Assembly: GCF_018350175.1 (NCBI RefSeq)
Contig: NC_058368.1
Location: 169,386,001-169,450,000, forward strand
Length of the DNA stretch: 64,000 nt
DNA from: Felis catus
Taxonomy: Eukaryota
Direction: 5' to 3'
A program made the position numbers and the translations under genes. Of this stretch, positions 27,651-39,611 are shown piece after piece. Position 1 is the stretch's first letter. The number at the start of each line of letters is the position of its first letter. The notes beneath the pieces are model-generated. The model ran no database searches. It was not told where the DNA came from and saw only the letters and a list, made by a program, of their open reading frames with translations.

Positions 27651-27995
27651 CTTGAAGCAGATAATTCTGTTGGCACTGGGAAAATGTGGCCCATTCAGGT
27701 GAAGCCCATCTTCATCTTCCATGCTACACCACAGAGAAATAAGACGGATTTCTCTTAGTCCCATTGGTCCTCACCATGACCTGCCTCATCCATCAACTGC
27801 CCTGTGTAGATTCCAAGAGCATGGACTGCTTAATTTCATTATCAGGGGAATGCAAACACTAGTTGCAAGGGAAGAATGTGTCTTCCTTGTCCCCTTGGAG
27901 CCCTGGAGTTCAATGGTGTGCACAGTCTTCAATAACAAGCCCAAGGTCATAGTGACGGAACCCAAAGCTCATATCGGGCTTGAAGCTGGAGTATC
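27651..27995 (-). pseudogene. Type I membrane protein relic, exon 4
   Basis: ttctcctctgacag|GA...CAAG|gtgggc; 345 nt, phase 1-1: GYSSFKPDMSFGFRHYDLGLVIEDCAHH*...RWASPEWATFSQCQQNYLLQ. Five in-frame stops, all TGA/TAG (one transition from CGA/CAG/TGG). The stop count itself is near random expectation, so support comes from splice signals and phase. Confidence 0.55.
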
Positions 27996-29858
27996 CTGTC
28001 AGAGGAGAAACTTGAAATGTCTCAGAAAAGTGAAAAGGATGGAGTGATTCATTAACTCACACTTTGTCTCACTAGCAACAACTGCTACTCAGCTCTACCT
28101 GGATCCAGTTTAGTAAGAAACATAGTGTATCCTTTTAAAGAACATCTGGGCACTCTGACATGTCTGCCATCCTTTATTAAAGTATTTATTTCTTCCACTT
28201 ACGATGTGCCAGGCACTGTTTCAGGCACTTACTGGGTATTCAACAATGAAAAAAAAAGACAGTAAGTAATCACTAAAAGACATTCATGAAAATAAACTAA
28301 TACAAATTTGAGTGCATGCTTCAACTGCAACTACACCTCAAGCTAAGGAATACAGCAGCAAATGTACAACTGAAAATAACTATATTGGTATGCAGGTGAC
28401 AGTTGATGTTTAAAACTTTTTTTCATATTTTTCTTTAATAGTTGTTTTATACTTACAACTTAAAGCATAAAATAGGAAAATAGTTAATTTAGACACTAGA
28501 GTTAACTCGTTTGTGCTGCATTTTTGTGGGCTTCTGGTTCTTTAGGGATTTTTTCCTAATTTTAATTGGGAACTTAAATTCCTTGAGTACTGAGCTTTAA
28601 GATCAATGTCATTTGTGATAAAGGTTAGAGATGGTGTGGCTATAAATCTATAAAGAAGAGAAAAATCTAGCTTCTAAAAGAAGCACCTGCTAAATCTTGA
28701 TATTCATTTGTTAGGTTGTCAAACTGTAATTCCCAATGACAGGAAGGGGGAGACGGAAAGGAAGTAGATCTCATAAGCAAGAATTAGAAAATAGACAAGG
28801 TTATGAATTAAAGTATATTCACATATACTTTTGTCCAAATGAATTTATTATTTGAGATATAATTTTAGAACCACCATAGTTTGCCTAGAATATCCTACAA
28901 TGTATTGTTTCAGAAGAGCCTGTGTGTGCATAGTAGTTGTGCTCTTTAGCAATGTGCACATTAAGTGGACGTTATTGGCAAAAATATGGTGATAAAGTAT
29001 TGCAATGAAATACTAAGACCAATAATGTCACAGTGAAACTGCACTTTCTCTCTTTCGCCACCATCTTTTCATCTGTGTGAATAGTACTTTCTGTTATGGA
29101 TATGGATCATCACTGAGGCGACCAGGCAAAATAAAATCACATCCAGGTTGTTGCTTTTTTTTTGGGGGGGGGGTATTATTTATCAAGTAAATGTCTCAGA
29201 GTACAGGTCTTATTTATACATTCTGTATTAATGAAATAATTAATTATATCATTACCACTAACTCATTTGACCAATTTCTTGTTATGAACTTGCAACATTT
29301 TCTGATTATCAAATACTTTCAAGCATTACATAAATAATTTCCAATTGAGCAGGTCTTAAGGAACTCTGATGCAGTACCAAACATCACTTGTAATGTTTTT
29401 TCTTCGTTAGATGGGTAGAAAGTTTTGTACTATTGCTGAAAAGCAACCTGGTGGATTCACTTTACTGCATCTAGAAAGAATTCAGCCTCATACTGTGGTT
29501 TAAAAAATATAAAATAAATAAAATGCACAAAATGAGAAGCATTTCCATGAGTAATTTCACACATGCTGCTAAGTACTGCAGAGTATTGCCAAGACTGGCC
29601 TTTAATCTCTATGGGAGCCAAAACAGCTGTAAACTCTCATTTGCTGTCAAATGTCTTTTTCAGGGTTATTAGCAAAGACAGGAGATAAGAAATCCTTCCA
29701 AGTTATCTTACTTTATTTTTTGACCTGTTTTTATTATCATCACCACTTTATATCTGTTGATAGCTCAAATGTGCCTATTTCACCAGGCCTAAGCAACATT
29801 ATGAAGTGGGATTCATGAGGCTTTGGTGTTTTCCTCACTCTGCTTTCTAGGTTCTCAC

Positions 29859-30044
29859 CTACATTTTCTCCCAGCAAGTTTCTGGCCCTCTGAACCCAGC
29901 TCCTGCCCTCTCCGTCCAAACCACTTTTTAACAATTTTAAGGACATATTCTCAGCAAAATGCAGACCAGTGTGATCTACTGACCCACATTCATGGGTCCT
30001 CATGTTATATCTCTCAGGTAAGGATCTTACATGAGAGACTGGAC
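29859..30044 (-). pseudogene. Type I membrane protein relic, exon 3
   Basis: ctcttttag|GT...GTAG|gtgaga; 186 nt, phase 1-1, stop-free: PVSHVRSLPERYNMRTHECGSVDHTGLHFAENMSLKLLKSGLDGEGRSWVQRARNLLGENV. Confidence 0.6.
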
Positions 30045-30713
30045 CTAAAAGAGTAAAGCTAAGTTGTAGAGAAATCAGACTTACTAAATTGTCCATCTCC
30101 TGAGTGGGGGTCCACTTCTAGATCATTAGCAGGCTCTGAGTGTATTCTAGCTTTTCTTCCTCTAGAGCTCCCCAGATATGCTTTGCAGTATTACTGGATT
30201 CCTGTACCCTCACTTGCATCACCCTGGGCAAAAACCGATTCTACTCTACAGTGCACCAACTTTACTGATATCCCCCTAGTGCTGGAAACACCCTCCTAGT
30301 TTTAAAACCCTTTAGAATTTGTAAGGAATAATAATTCCCACTGTTAACTGTGTGAGGGTAGGATGGGTGAGGTGGCGGGGCGGGGGGGGGGGGGGCTAGT
30401 ATCAGTGGTCTGTTGGGCCTGGAGAGCTGATTGGTAAACTTTCAGGAATTTTGAGAGCCAACTGACATGACCTTGGCAGTTTACAATCAGCCACAGGTGG
30501 AACAATATACACCATGAATTGGCAAATGCTATACCAATTAGTGTCGCCACCCCCAGCTGGTGTGGAAAGAGCTGGGATTGGCATGAATAATAAGCAGCAG
30601 TAGTATTTCCTCACCATACCATAAACTTTGTGTGTCTAGTTGTTCTGTATCTACATTGTTCATTCTTATATCCTCCTTGCCTGGAGCATATTAGGTCTTC
30701 ACTAAGTGTTTAT

Positions 30714-30743
30714 TGAATGAATGAATGAATGAATGAATGAATG
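30714..30743. repeat. (GAAT)n L2 tail
   Basis: Follows taagtgtttatt, an L2 3'-end motif. Confidence 0.85.
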
Positions 30744-31050
30744 AGCAAGTTGGAGTCATGGGATTTTTTTATATAGTAAGTACATGTTCTGGTGTTTGCT
30801 GAAATGTCAAAAAAAAGTCCAGGCCTAGTCCATCCTGACCCCTCTTTAACTACCAGTTTAGAGGTTCCTATGGTAACTGCCTCCTAGCCTACTCCTCCTG
30901 TCACTTTTATTCTTGTAACTAGAGCTCCGACCATTTCCTCTACTCCCTACCTCACACCCATTACCTCACCCATTTTTTTCTGCCCCACAGGTTCATGGAT
31001 ATCCTACAGATATGTTCCCAAAAAGTTAGGAAGAAAGAATAAAAGAACAC

Positions 31051-31297
31051 TGTCTTAGTCTGTTCAGTCTGCTATAATAAATTACCACAAATTGAGTAAC
31101 TTATAAGCAACAGACATTTATTCCTCATGGTTCTGGAGGCTGGAAAGTACAAGATCAAGGCACCAGCAGAACCCTGAAGGAGTCCCTTTTATAAGGGCTC
31201 CACCCTCACGACCTAATCACCCCCCAAAGCCCCATCTCCTAATGCTGTCACACTGGGAATTACATTTTGGGGGAATATAAACATTCACTCCGTAACA
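31051..31297 (-). mobile_element. MLT1A/B-type solo LTR
   Basis: tgtcttagtctgttcag...ctggaggctggaaagtacaagatcaagg...ccgtaaca. Confidence 0.8.
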
Positions 31298-32248
31298 TTA
31301 ACTTTTCATGAAACCCGACTTTTAGTCTCAGCTCAGCCACATGATATCTATGTAACCTCAGGAGAACATGTAATCTCTCAAGTCTTTGGTATTTCCATGT
31401 GTGAGTTATTAGTACTACTATACCTGATTCAGTGAGTTCATGAGGATCAAAGAAGATGATGCATATAAGAAGGCTTTGCAAACTGTAAAGTGCTCTATAA
31501 ATGTAAATTTTTGTTAAAGGTATCCAGATAGAATGAAATAATTGTTGACATCAGAAACAGCAAAAATTGGATTTTAAACCCATCTCTGTACTTCCTACCT
31601 CTTTGACCTTAAGCAAGAGTTTTAACTTTTCCTCAGCCTGTTTTCTCCTCCATAAAATGAGAACAATGACATCTAACAGGTTTACTGTTAGGCTTAAACG
31701 AAATCATATGGGAAAAGGGCCTATCACAGTGTCCCAATAGTGTCTCCTCCCTTTTCCAACTTTCTAGCTCACATGTCTTTGGGAGGATATTCTCCTTGCT
31801 ATTAGTCCATCTTTAAGTTTCTGCTGCTGTCAAGGGACAAACATTTAGATCTTATTGGTCAAGAGAGAAAGCTGTAGTGCCAGGTCACCTGGCTTGAAAT
31901 CTTGCCTCAGCTACTTGGTAAGCCTGTGATTTTGAAAAAGTCACTAAACTTCTCTGGGTCTCCATTGTTTTTTGTTTGTTTGTTTGTTTGTTTCACTTAC
32001 TATAGTACCTATCTGGCGTGGTTAACCATCCCAACTTCTTTGAGACTAAGGAGGTCGCTGGGACACAGGATTTTCAGTGTGTAAACCAAGAAAGTGGCAA
32101 GCAAATGATGATGAGCTGGTCACTTCCATATCTGCCTCACAGGATTGTAATGAGGATGAAGGGAGATGTACATGTGAACTACTTAGCTGCATGCAGTTAG
32201 TAGGTACTATGCGGGACCTTTAGTTATCACTCTTATTTCTCCAGATAC

Positions 32249-32690
32249 ATTCCTTTGGTTCAAAAGTTGAAAAGAGAGAGATTTTTTTTAAATTTTTTTA
32301 ATGTTTTTATTTATTTTTGAGAAAGAGAGCGAGTGGGAGATGGGCAGAGAAAGAGAGGGAGACACAGAATGTGAAGCAGGCTCCAGGCTCTAAGCTGTCA
32401 GCACAGACCCCAATGCAGGACTTGAACCCACAAGCCATGAGATCATGACCTGAACTGAAGTTGGACGCTTAACCGAATGAGCCACCCGGGTTCCCCTGAA
32501 TAGAGAGATTTGAGGGCACAGTGACACACTGGTAGAGATGTTCGGGAATAGAAAGCCGACCGCAGCTGCCTGCCCAGGCCTGCTGCTGACTTGTTCTGAA
32601 ATATCCTCAGGTTCACAAGGTGAGAGGCAAAGTGGGGCCACACCAACCAGTGATCTCGTGACTGTCCTTCTGGTCACTTTGAACTTGTTG
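32249..32690 (-). pseudogene. Type I membrane protein relic, exon 2, disrupted by a Can-SINE
   Basis: Long polypyrimidine acceptor ...ctcctccctttaag|C. Two alternative frames each have one TGA after SINE excision: NKFKVTRRTVTRSLVGVAPLCLSPCEPED...CPQISLFNF*TK or WLVWPHFASHLVNLRIF...CHCALKSLYSTFEPKE. Donor is degenerate. Confidence 0.5.
32285..32496 (-). mobile_element. Felid Can-SINE inside putative exon 2
   Basis: TSD tgaa(a/t)agagagattt. Confidence 0.95.
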
Positions 32691-33536
32691 CTTAAAGGGA
32701 GGAGAGAGGTCAGGGGAGAAAACAACTACCTGACTGTCGATTCTTCTTGGGAGGACTGACCAAGGCCTGGATGGTGAGGGGAAATGAAGCCGGGGATGGG
32801 TTTCAGTCCAGCTTTCCCTATCCTGGCTCTGACTAGGGCCAGCAGGGGCCCTCGGCTGTATTTTTGATGATGGATATTGGACACTATTGTGGGAACTTAT
32901 TAATTCTGAGCTTCTCCCTGGGTCTGAAATCAGGCTGCCTGGGTTCCTGTGTGCCTCTGCCCCCTGCTAGTTTGCTGACTTTGGATAAGTGATATAACTT
33001 CTCAGTTCCTTCACCTGTGAAACATATAATAACAGGATCAACACCATGAAAATGTTGCAGGAATTAAATGAGACAATCCTTGTAATGAAGTTTGCTCACT
33101 GGCGTAAGGGAAACTCTTGATCATTATTCCCCTCAGTGACCATTTACATACAGGGGTGTTGAGGGGACATGAGGACTCTGTGGTGTTGTTTCATAGCTAT
33201 GCTTATATCTGCAGATACTAAAGGCTTCTATTTAGCTAACGAAACTAACATATATTTACTCACTCATTCTTAGCCCATCTCTGAAATCAGAATGTTAAAA
33301 GTGAGACTAAATATTTTTCTAGGCCTAATGCTAGTTGAAATGGAAGTCATGTGTGGTTTCTCTGCCTTGTTAAGAGTTTGTTTGCTTTTTGTCAATAACC
33401 AATACGAATTTAAAATCTGTGCTTCTGAAAGCTGGTTCCAGGAATTGGGGTTTTGTGTGTCATCAGTTCTCTCAGAAAGAATGCCAGAAATGAACATCAA
33501 ACAATAAAATTATATCTTGCAAGTTTAATTGCTTAC

Positions 33537-34123
33537 ATGTTTACTCAAATCACGTTTCAGACCAATAACATTCCCAATCCCCCCTCTTATCAATGTTTCA
33601 GAAGCAGTTTTAATGGTGATAAGGAAGTCAAACAATGCCTTAAAATCCTGGTTCTATTTTCCCTTCCTTTGTGCTCTACTGGGTTTGGCTGTCTGGCATT
33701 CTCTAGTGTTTTTCCATGCAGAAGATCTTGTTCTTGGAAGCACAACGCAAGGCAAGCCTTCCTCCTTCAGACAGACTGGTGCTGGCAGAATTCCCTGGGC
33801 TGCTCCCTCTCTCTCCTACATGCTCCGTACATAACAGAACAAACTAAGGGTCTCTAGTAAAGCTCCGGGGCCCAGATCATACTACCAAGAATAGCCCTCT
33901 GCACTCTTCTCTCACATAATACTACTCCTCCATAACAGGCCTTCAGGTCACATCACTGGTGGTGGCGGAGGGGGAAGGGTTTGAATCACAAAGGGGAAAA
34001 ATCTTCTGGCCTTATGCTGCATGGTCTTCCCAGAGAGCACTGATACGCATCATTAATTTGATGTTCCAGTATAAATAGCCAGGGAAAAAATATAAAAATT
34101 GTGTGTATTATGATCCTTGCCAA
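33537..34123 (-). pseudogene. Type I membrane protein relic, exon 1 (signal-peptide-like start)
   Basis: agtTTGg (possibly a mutated ATG in Kozak context), then ARIIIHTIFIFFPWLFILEHQINDAYQCSLGRPCSIRPEDF. Strong donor AT|gtaagc at 33537/33536. Internal frame is ambiguous, with several stops in all three frames. Confidence 0.4.
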
Positions 34124-34292
34124 ACTGTACCCTCTGAGTAAATGTAGCCCAAAATATATTTTAAAGGTAATTTTAATAATCAGTCCCATTTCTGTCTGAA
34201 TTTCCTCTAGCCCTAGGGATGCTCAACTTGTGATCTGAAGGTCAAAGACTGTCTCTGAAGTTTATGGCATCTTAGTTTTAAAAAATAGATCC

Positions 34293-36007
34293 TAAAGTCT
34301 GGGATTGTGATGCTTCCTGCTTTGGTCTTCTTCTTCAAAATTACTTTGGCTATTCGGGGCCTTTTGTGGTTCCATATGAATTTTAGGATTGCTTGTTCTA
34401 GTTTCGAGAAGAATGCTGGTGCAATTTTGATTGGGATTGCATTGAATGTGTAGATAGCTTTGGCTAGTATTGACATTTTGACAATATTTATTCTTCCAAT
34501 CCATGAGCATGGAATGTTTTTCCATTTCTTTGTATCTTCTTCAATTTCCTTCATAAGCTTTCTATAGTTTTCAGCATACAGATCTTTCACATCTTTGGTT
34601 AGATTTATTCCTAGGTATTTTATGCTTCTTGGTGCAACTGTGAATGGGATTAGTTTCTTTATCTGTCTTTCTGTTGCTTCATTATTAGTGTATAAGAATG
34701 CAACTGATTTCTGTACATTGGTTTTGTATCCTGCAACTTTGCTAAATTCATGTATCAGTTCTAGCAGACTTTTGGTGGAGTCTACCAGATTTTCCATGTA
34801 TAATATCATGTCATCTGCAAAAAGCGAAAGCTTGACTTCATCTTTGCCAATTTTGATGCCTTTGATTTCCTTTTGTTGTCTGATTGCTGATGCTAGAACT
34901 TCCAACACTAAGTTAAACAACAGCGGTGAGAGTGGACATCCCTGTCGTGTTCCTGATCTCAGGGAGAAAGCTCTCAGTTTTTCCCCATTGAGGATGATGT
35001 TAGCTGTGGGCTTTTCATAAATGGCTTTTATGATCTTTAAATATGTTCTTTCTATCCCGACTTTCTCGAGGGTTTTTATTAAGAAAGGTTGCTGCATTTT
35101 ATCAAATGCCTTTTCTGCATCGATTGACAGGATCATATGGTTCTTATCTTTTCTTTTATTAATGTGATGTATCACGTTGATTGATTTGAGAATGTTGAAC
35201 CAGCCCTGCATCCCAGGAATGAATCCCACTTGATCATGGTGAATAATTCTTTTTATATGCTGTTGAATTCGATTTGCTAGTATCTTATTGAGAATTTTTG
35301 CATCCATATTCATCAGGGTTATTGGCCTGTAGTTCTCTTTTTTTACTGGGTCTCTGTCTGGTTTAGGAATCAAAGTAATGCTGGCTTCATAGAATGAGTC
35401 TGGAAGTTTTCCTTCCCTTTCTATTTTTTGGAATAGCTTGAGAAGGATAGGTATTATCTATCTCTGCTTTAAACGTCTGGTAGAATTCCCCTGGGAAGCC
35501 ATCTGGTCCTGGACTCTTATTTGTTGGGAGATTTTTGATGACTGATTCAATTTCTTCACTGGTTATGTCCATCAACTGATGAATGGATAAAGAAATTGTG
35601 GTTTATATACACAATGGAGTACTACGTGGCAATGAGAAAGAATGAAATATGGCCCTTTGTAGCAACATGAATGGAACTGGAGAGTGTTATGCTAAGTGAA
35701 ATAAGCCATACAGAGAAAGACAGATAACATATTTTTTCACTCTTATGTGGATCCTGAGAAACTTAACAGGAACCCATGGGGGATGGGAAGGAAACAAAAA
35801 AAGAGGTTAGAGTGGGAGAGAGCCAAAGCATAAGAGACTCTTAAAAACTGAGAACAAACTGAGGGTTGATGGGGGTGGGAGGGTGGGGAGGGTGGGTGAT
35901 GGGTATTGAAGAGGGCACCTTTTGGGATGAGCACTGGGTGTTGTATGGAAACCAATTTGACAATAACCTTCACATATTGAAAAAAATAAAATAAAAAAAT
36001 AAAAAAT
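34293..36007 (+). mobile_element. Young felid LINE-1, 5'-truncated with 5' inversion (twin priming)
   Basis: 34293-35567 encodes the ORF2 RT domain on - (LFADDMI). 35565-36007 is the ORF2 C-terminus, 3'UTR and poly(A) on +. atg microhomology at the junction; TSD aaaaa(a/c)tagatcc at 34280-34292 and 36008-36020. Confidence 0.95.
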
Positions 36008-37198
36008 AAAAACTAGATCCACTCATAAAACAGTAGACCAAAAATCTGTGTGTGTTCCCTATGTAAGTTAAACCTAAGATTTAAAACAGAGGGATGAAAG
36101 TCCCAAAAAAGTTAATTCAGGACTTCTTGGTGGTAGACCTGAATATGAATGTATTTTTCAAAACGCTCCAGGTGATTCTAATGTGCAACCGGGGAGGAGA
36201 AACATTACCTTCTAATAGAGGAAAATCAAGGCAGGGTTTAGGGCATATCTGCATCTCCTAGTACTAAACTCCTACCCTCAATCTCTAATAGTATGCTACA
36301 GAAGCTTCAATAATGCCATTCTCTTCTAAGCTGGTTGGCACACCTTGCCTTTTCTCATCTACACCTTATAGAACCTTATGTATGCATTTGTGAAGGGTAT
36401 TCACAGTCTTGTTACCTGGAAGCAATGACTCTAGATTATCTTTTCTCATTCATTCCCCCAGTATGGACATTTGCCTTACTGTGAGATCTAAAAATGCAAT
36501 GAAAAGTTGAGCTTATTCTGTTCCTTTAATCAGGGAGTAAAATTATTATTTTAATTCCAGTAACATTAGTTTGCATCTCTCCTTTTCTTTGCCCTGCCCC
36601 TCTTTCTCGTCAGCCACAGAAGCACTGCTCCATGACACTTAGAACTAAGAAAAAACTGTGAGTTTCACATAGGAAAGAATAGAGTATGTCCACCGTAGAC
36701 CATAAAAAAAAATAACTGGCAGCTTCCTGGCCCAGCCCAGAAGCCAGAGTGTGGCTTGCAGTGGAAATGACAGAATAACTGGTATCTCTTCCCTCTGTAC
36801 CTACTTGCAGAATATTTTTGAAAAAATGACATTGAGCGTCCCATGTCCTTGATCAGAATTTTCCAGTGTTCCTGCTGGTTGCAGGACAAAGTGTAGCCTC
36901 CACGGTCCAATACTAAATGTCCTTACTCCTCAGGCCCACAGCTACTAATTCTAGCCTTATTTTCCACTACGTATTAGCATTACTCCTTGTTCTTCCCAAG
37001 CAAATTCTTCCCTTTCCACCCCATTTCCTTCCCTGTGCCTTATCCCTGGAACACCCTCTCCCCCATTCAACCAAACCTCAAAGTGACCTTTTCCTTTCCC
37101 CAAAGTATAAGACTGTGTTCCTACCAGAATGAGTATGGACTTTGAACTAAGACAAATTCACTTTAAAATCCCATGACCTTCGGTAAGTTTTTGTCATT

Positions 37199-37201
<3 letters not shown>

Positions 37202-37243
<42 letters not shown>
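37202..37243. repeat. (TA)n microsatellite
   Basis: About 21 perfect units. Confidence 0.95.
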
Positions 37244-37246
<3 letters not shown>

Positions 37247-37559
37247 GAGTGATAGTAATACTTCTGGGGGATGATTGCTACAAGAATTATATGAGATCAC
37301 ATGTGAGTGCACTTAGATGATCAATACATATTTCCCTTCCCTTTACCACTCAAATAGCATTGCTCTCTATTGTGGGTTTCTGAGAGCATGTCTTACTGTC
37401 TCTGTAACAGCATAGGGTCCTTGAAAGCAAGGGCCTTTTCTTAGACTTATTTGAATATTCTTTAACACTAAGAAGAGTGCCTTGCACATAGAAAGCTCCC
37501 CATAAATATTGCTGATGGCTGAATAAATAAAAAAATGTATTTTCTGACCCTCTGTTGGA

Positions 37560-39345
37560 TAAAAGTTAATGGCATGGAGAGAGATGTGGAGGAAAGAGCC
37601 AGCCCACATAAAATAGAGTGCCCTGACAAATGTTATGATGATTAGCATTAATGATAATTATGGAAAATGCATTAAATAACATATCCAGTCAAATCCCACC
37701 CTATTTAGGCTTCCTGGGCATGAACATGAGGATTCTAACTTCACAAAGAATCATTAAGCTTATGTTTCATACAACAGCAAAGAGGTACCCAGTATCACAC
37801 AAAAATAAATTCACTGACATTTGATGTCCTTACACTTGCAACGTAAAGAATAAAATAGGCGCTTACAGTTGCCTATTTAAAACTTGCCTTTAATAAACTG
37901 CCTACTGCTGTGTAGTCCAGATGTCTATTTAGTATATCAATGTACAGAAATGCTTTAAATTCCCTGAAAAAAGGGAGGAGTCCAGGCAGGGGTAGTGTCT
38001 CTTTCATAATAGGGACAAAACACATTTTTTAAAATGATTCTGTATATAGAAAGGTTGTTGCTTCACTATGAGATGAATAACTGTTTGACAAAGAGATGAT
38101 GCCAGAAAGTTTCTATACCTTAGGAGAAATATCTTTGTCTTCTCTCAAGAAAGAAAGAAAGGAGAACTAGATGTGATGCTTTTGAGTGTTTACTGCTAAC
38201 CCTGCTAAAAAAAGCATTCATAGTCTTATTACATGACACAAGAACAGACTCAGTTTTGTATTGCAAGGTAGGAATGAGCCACTTACTGATGTTTAGGATC
38301 CATCAAGACTTGCAGGTAAATTGAGACTCTTGACAGATGACCTTGAAACAAAGCAGTGCTGTGTGATATTTCTCTACTACCAAGAAGAAAAGACATTTTT
38401 GACAGCTGAGAAATGGTGACCAGATCTTGAAGTCATTTTTTTTTCCCTCTTAAAGGTATTTGAAATATAAGACTTAAGAGAGAGGTCACATCTTGCTAGG
38501 CTTTTCAAGAGCTTAAGGTAATATCAAGATCCCATAGATAAACAATGACTTCTAGTCATTAAGTTTTTTAAGAAAAAATAAATAATAGGATTTAGTGAGG
38601 ATTAAATTGAAAGCACAGTTTAACAAATGCTGTCTCACAATTCACAAGGACAGATATTTATGCAGTTGGATCTTTATGTCATATCTAATATTAGTGGGAA
38701 AAATACAGGTTCACATAAAAATTTCTTGGGGTACATGTATGATAATAGTATGATGGCTCTTTCCCCAGCTAACACTCTATTGGGCGATAAGTATGACAGA
38801 ACTTAAATAATGCTGCATTTTATCAGCCCCTTCAGGATGTTTTTTACCTATGTTATTCTTTCAAGTGCCATAAAACCCTATTAGAAGAGGAAAAATCACT
38901 TTTCATATTAATGAGGAAAAATCACTTTTCATATTAATGTCTGATGTTATAACTCACAGATAATCAATGACATGATTATTTTTCTAATAGGCTAGATTAA
39001 TTGACTGATTGATTTTTCTGAAAGGTTAGATGTAGAATGGAAAGGAAAAAAAAAAGAATTAAATTCTAGGTTCTATCACTCTTACCATGATACAAAACAT
39101 TTAACAAAAATCAAGTTATAGTTAATGTTACTGTTATCTTTATTACCAAATACGACTGCTATGCTAGAGATTTTTTTCCAGTTTCTTTCTCACGTAAGCC
39201 TAAGAGATATAGGTGAAGAAAAATATGCTACAATTACTTACTTCGCTGCTTATGGAAAGAAAACTTTTGCTGACACCATTTCTGAAATGGATACCCTTTC
39301 TAAAGCATCAGCTCTGTTTCTGAACTTTCACCTTATAATGTACAA
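37560..39345 (+). pseudogene. Decayed RdRp core of a bunyavirus-like (segmented negative-strand RNA virus) L protein; endogenous viral element
   Basis: Hand translation across stops and frameshifts gives ~590 codons. Motifs in order: F-like SLKKERKEN*M*CF*VFTANPAKKSIHSLI (38144-38230); A-like GAC-a-GCT-GAG-AAA-TGG-TGA-CCA-GAT = D/AEKW*PD (38401-38425); B-like YQPLQDVFYLCYSF (38821-38862); C-like FILMSDV (MSDV at 38937-38948; GTT is one substitution from GAT); D/E-like LDVEWKGKKKELNSRFY (ELNSRFY at 39056-39076). Ends at donor AA|gtaaac. Confidence 0.72.
38887..38938 (+). repeat. Perfect 26-bp tandem duplication
   Basis: gaggaaaaatcacttttcatattaat x2; frameshifts the RdRp relic between motifs B and C. 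Confidence 0.95.
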
Positions 39346-39611
39346 GTAAACAGACTTAGTAAAGAGACAGAATTCAAAGTGGGAATTCATATTTTAACGT
39401 TGCTCTTTTATATATTTTTCATCAATCACATAGCTGTCATTTTGAGGCCATATTGTTTCCCTAATCAATAAAAGTGAAAGTGGAAGGATTTTCAACAAAT
39501 GTTATACCCAAAAGTGATCTAAATGTATTAGTTTTTATTTAACCTTAATTATCCCAAATCAACATCTTTGTCTAGAAGTTTCTATGTATTTTTTTGCTTT
39601 TAATCTCCCAG

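Noticed and set aside
34213..35373. 386-aa reverse transcriptase ORF as a functional gene
   Set aside because: It is the inverted arm of a truncated L1. It has no promoter or endonuclease domain and reads through into flanking DNA. The + ORF 34595-35020 is its antisense shadow.
38518..38650. Intron after AG|gtaata in the RdRp relic
   Set aside because: No good acceptor, and the interval reads as NIKIP... where bunyavirus L has a similar motif, so a frameshift is more likely.
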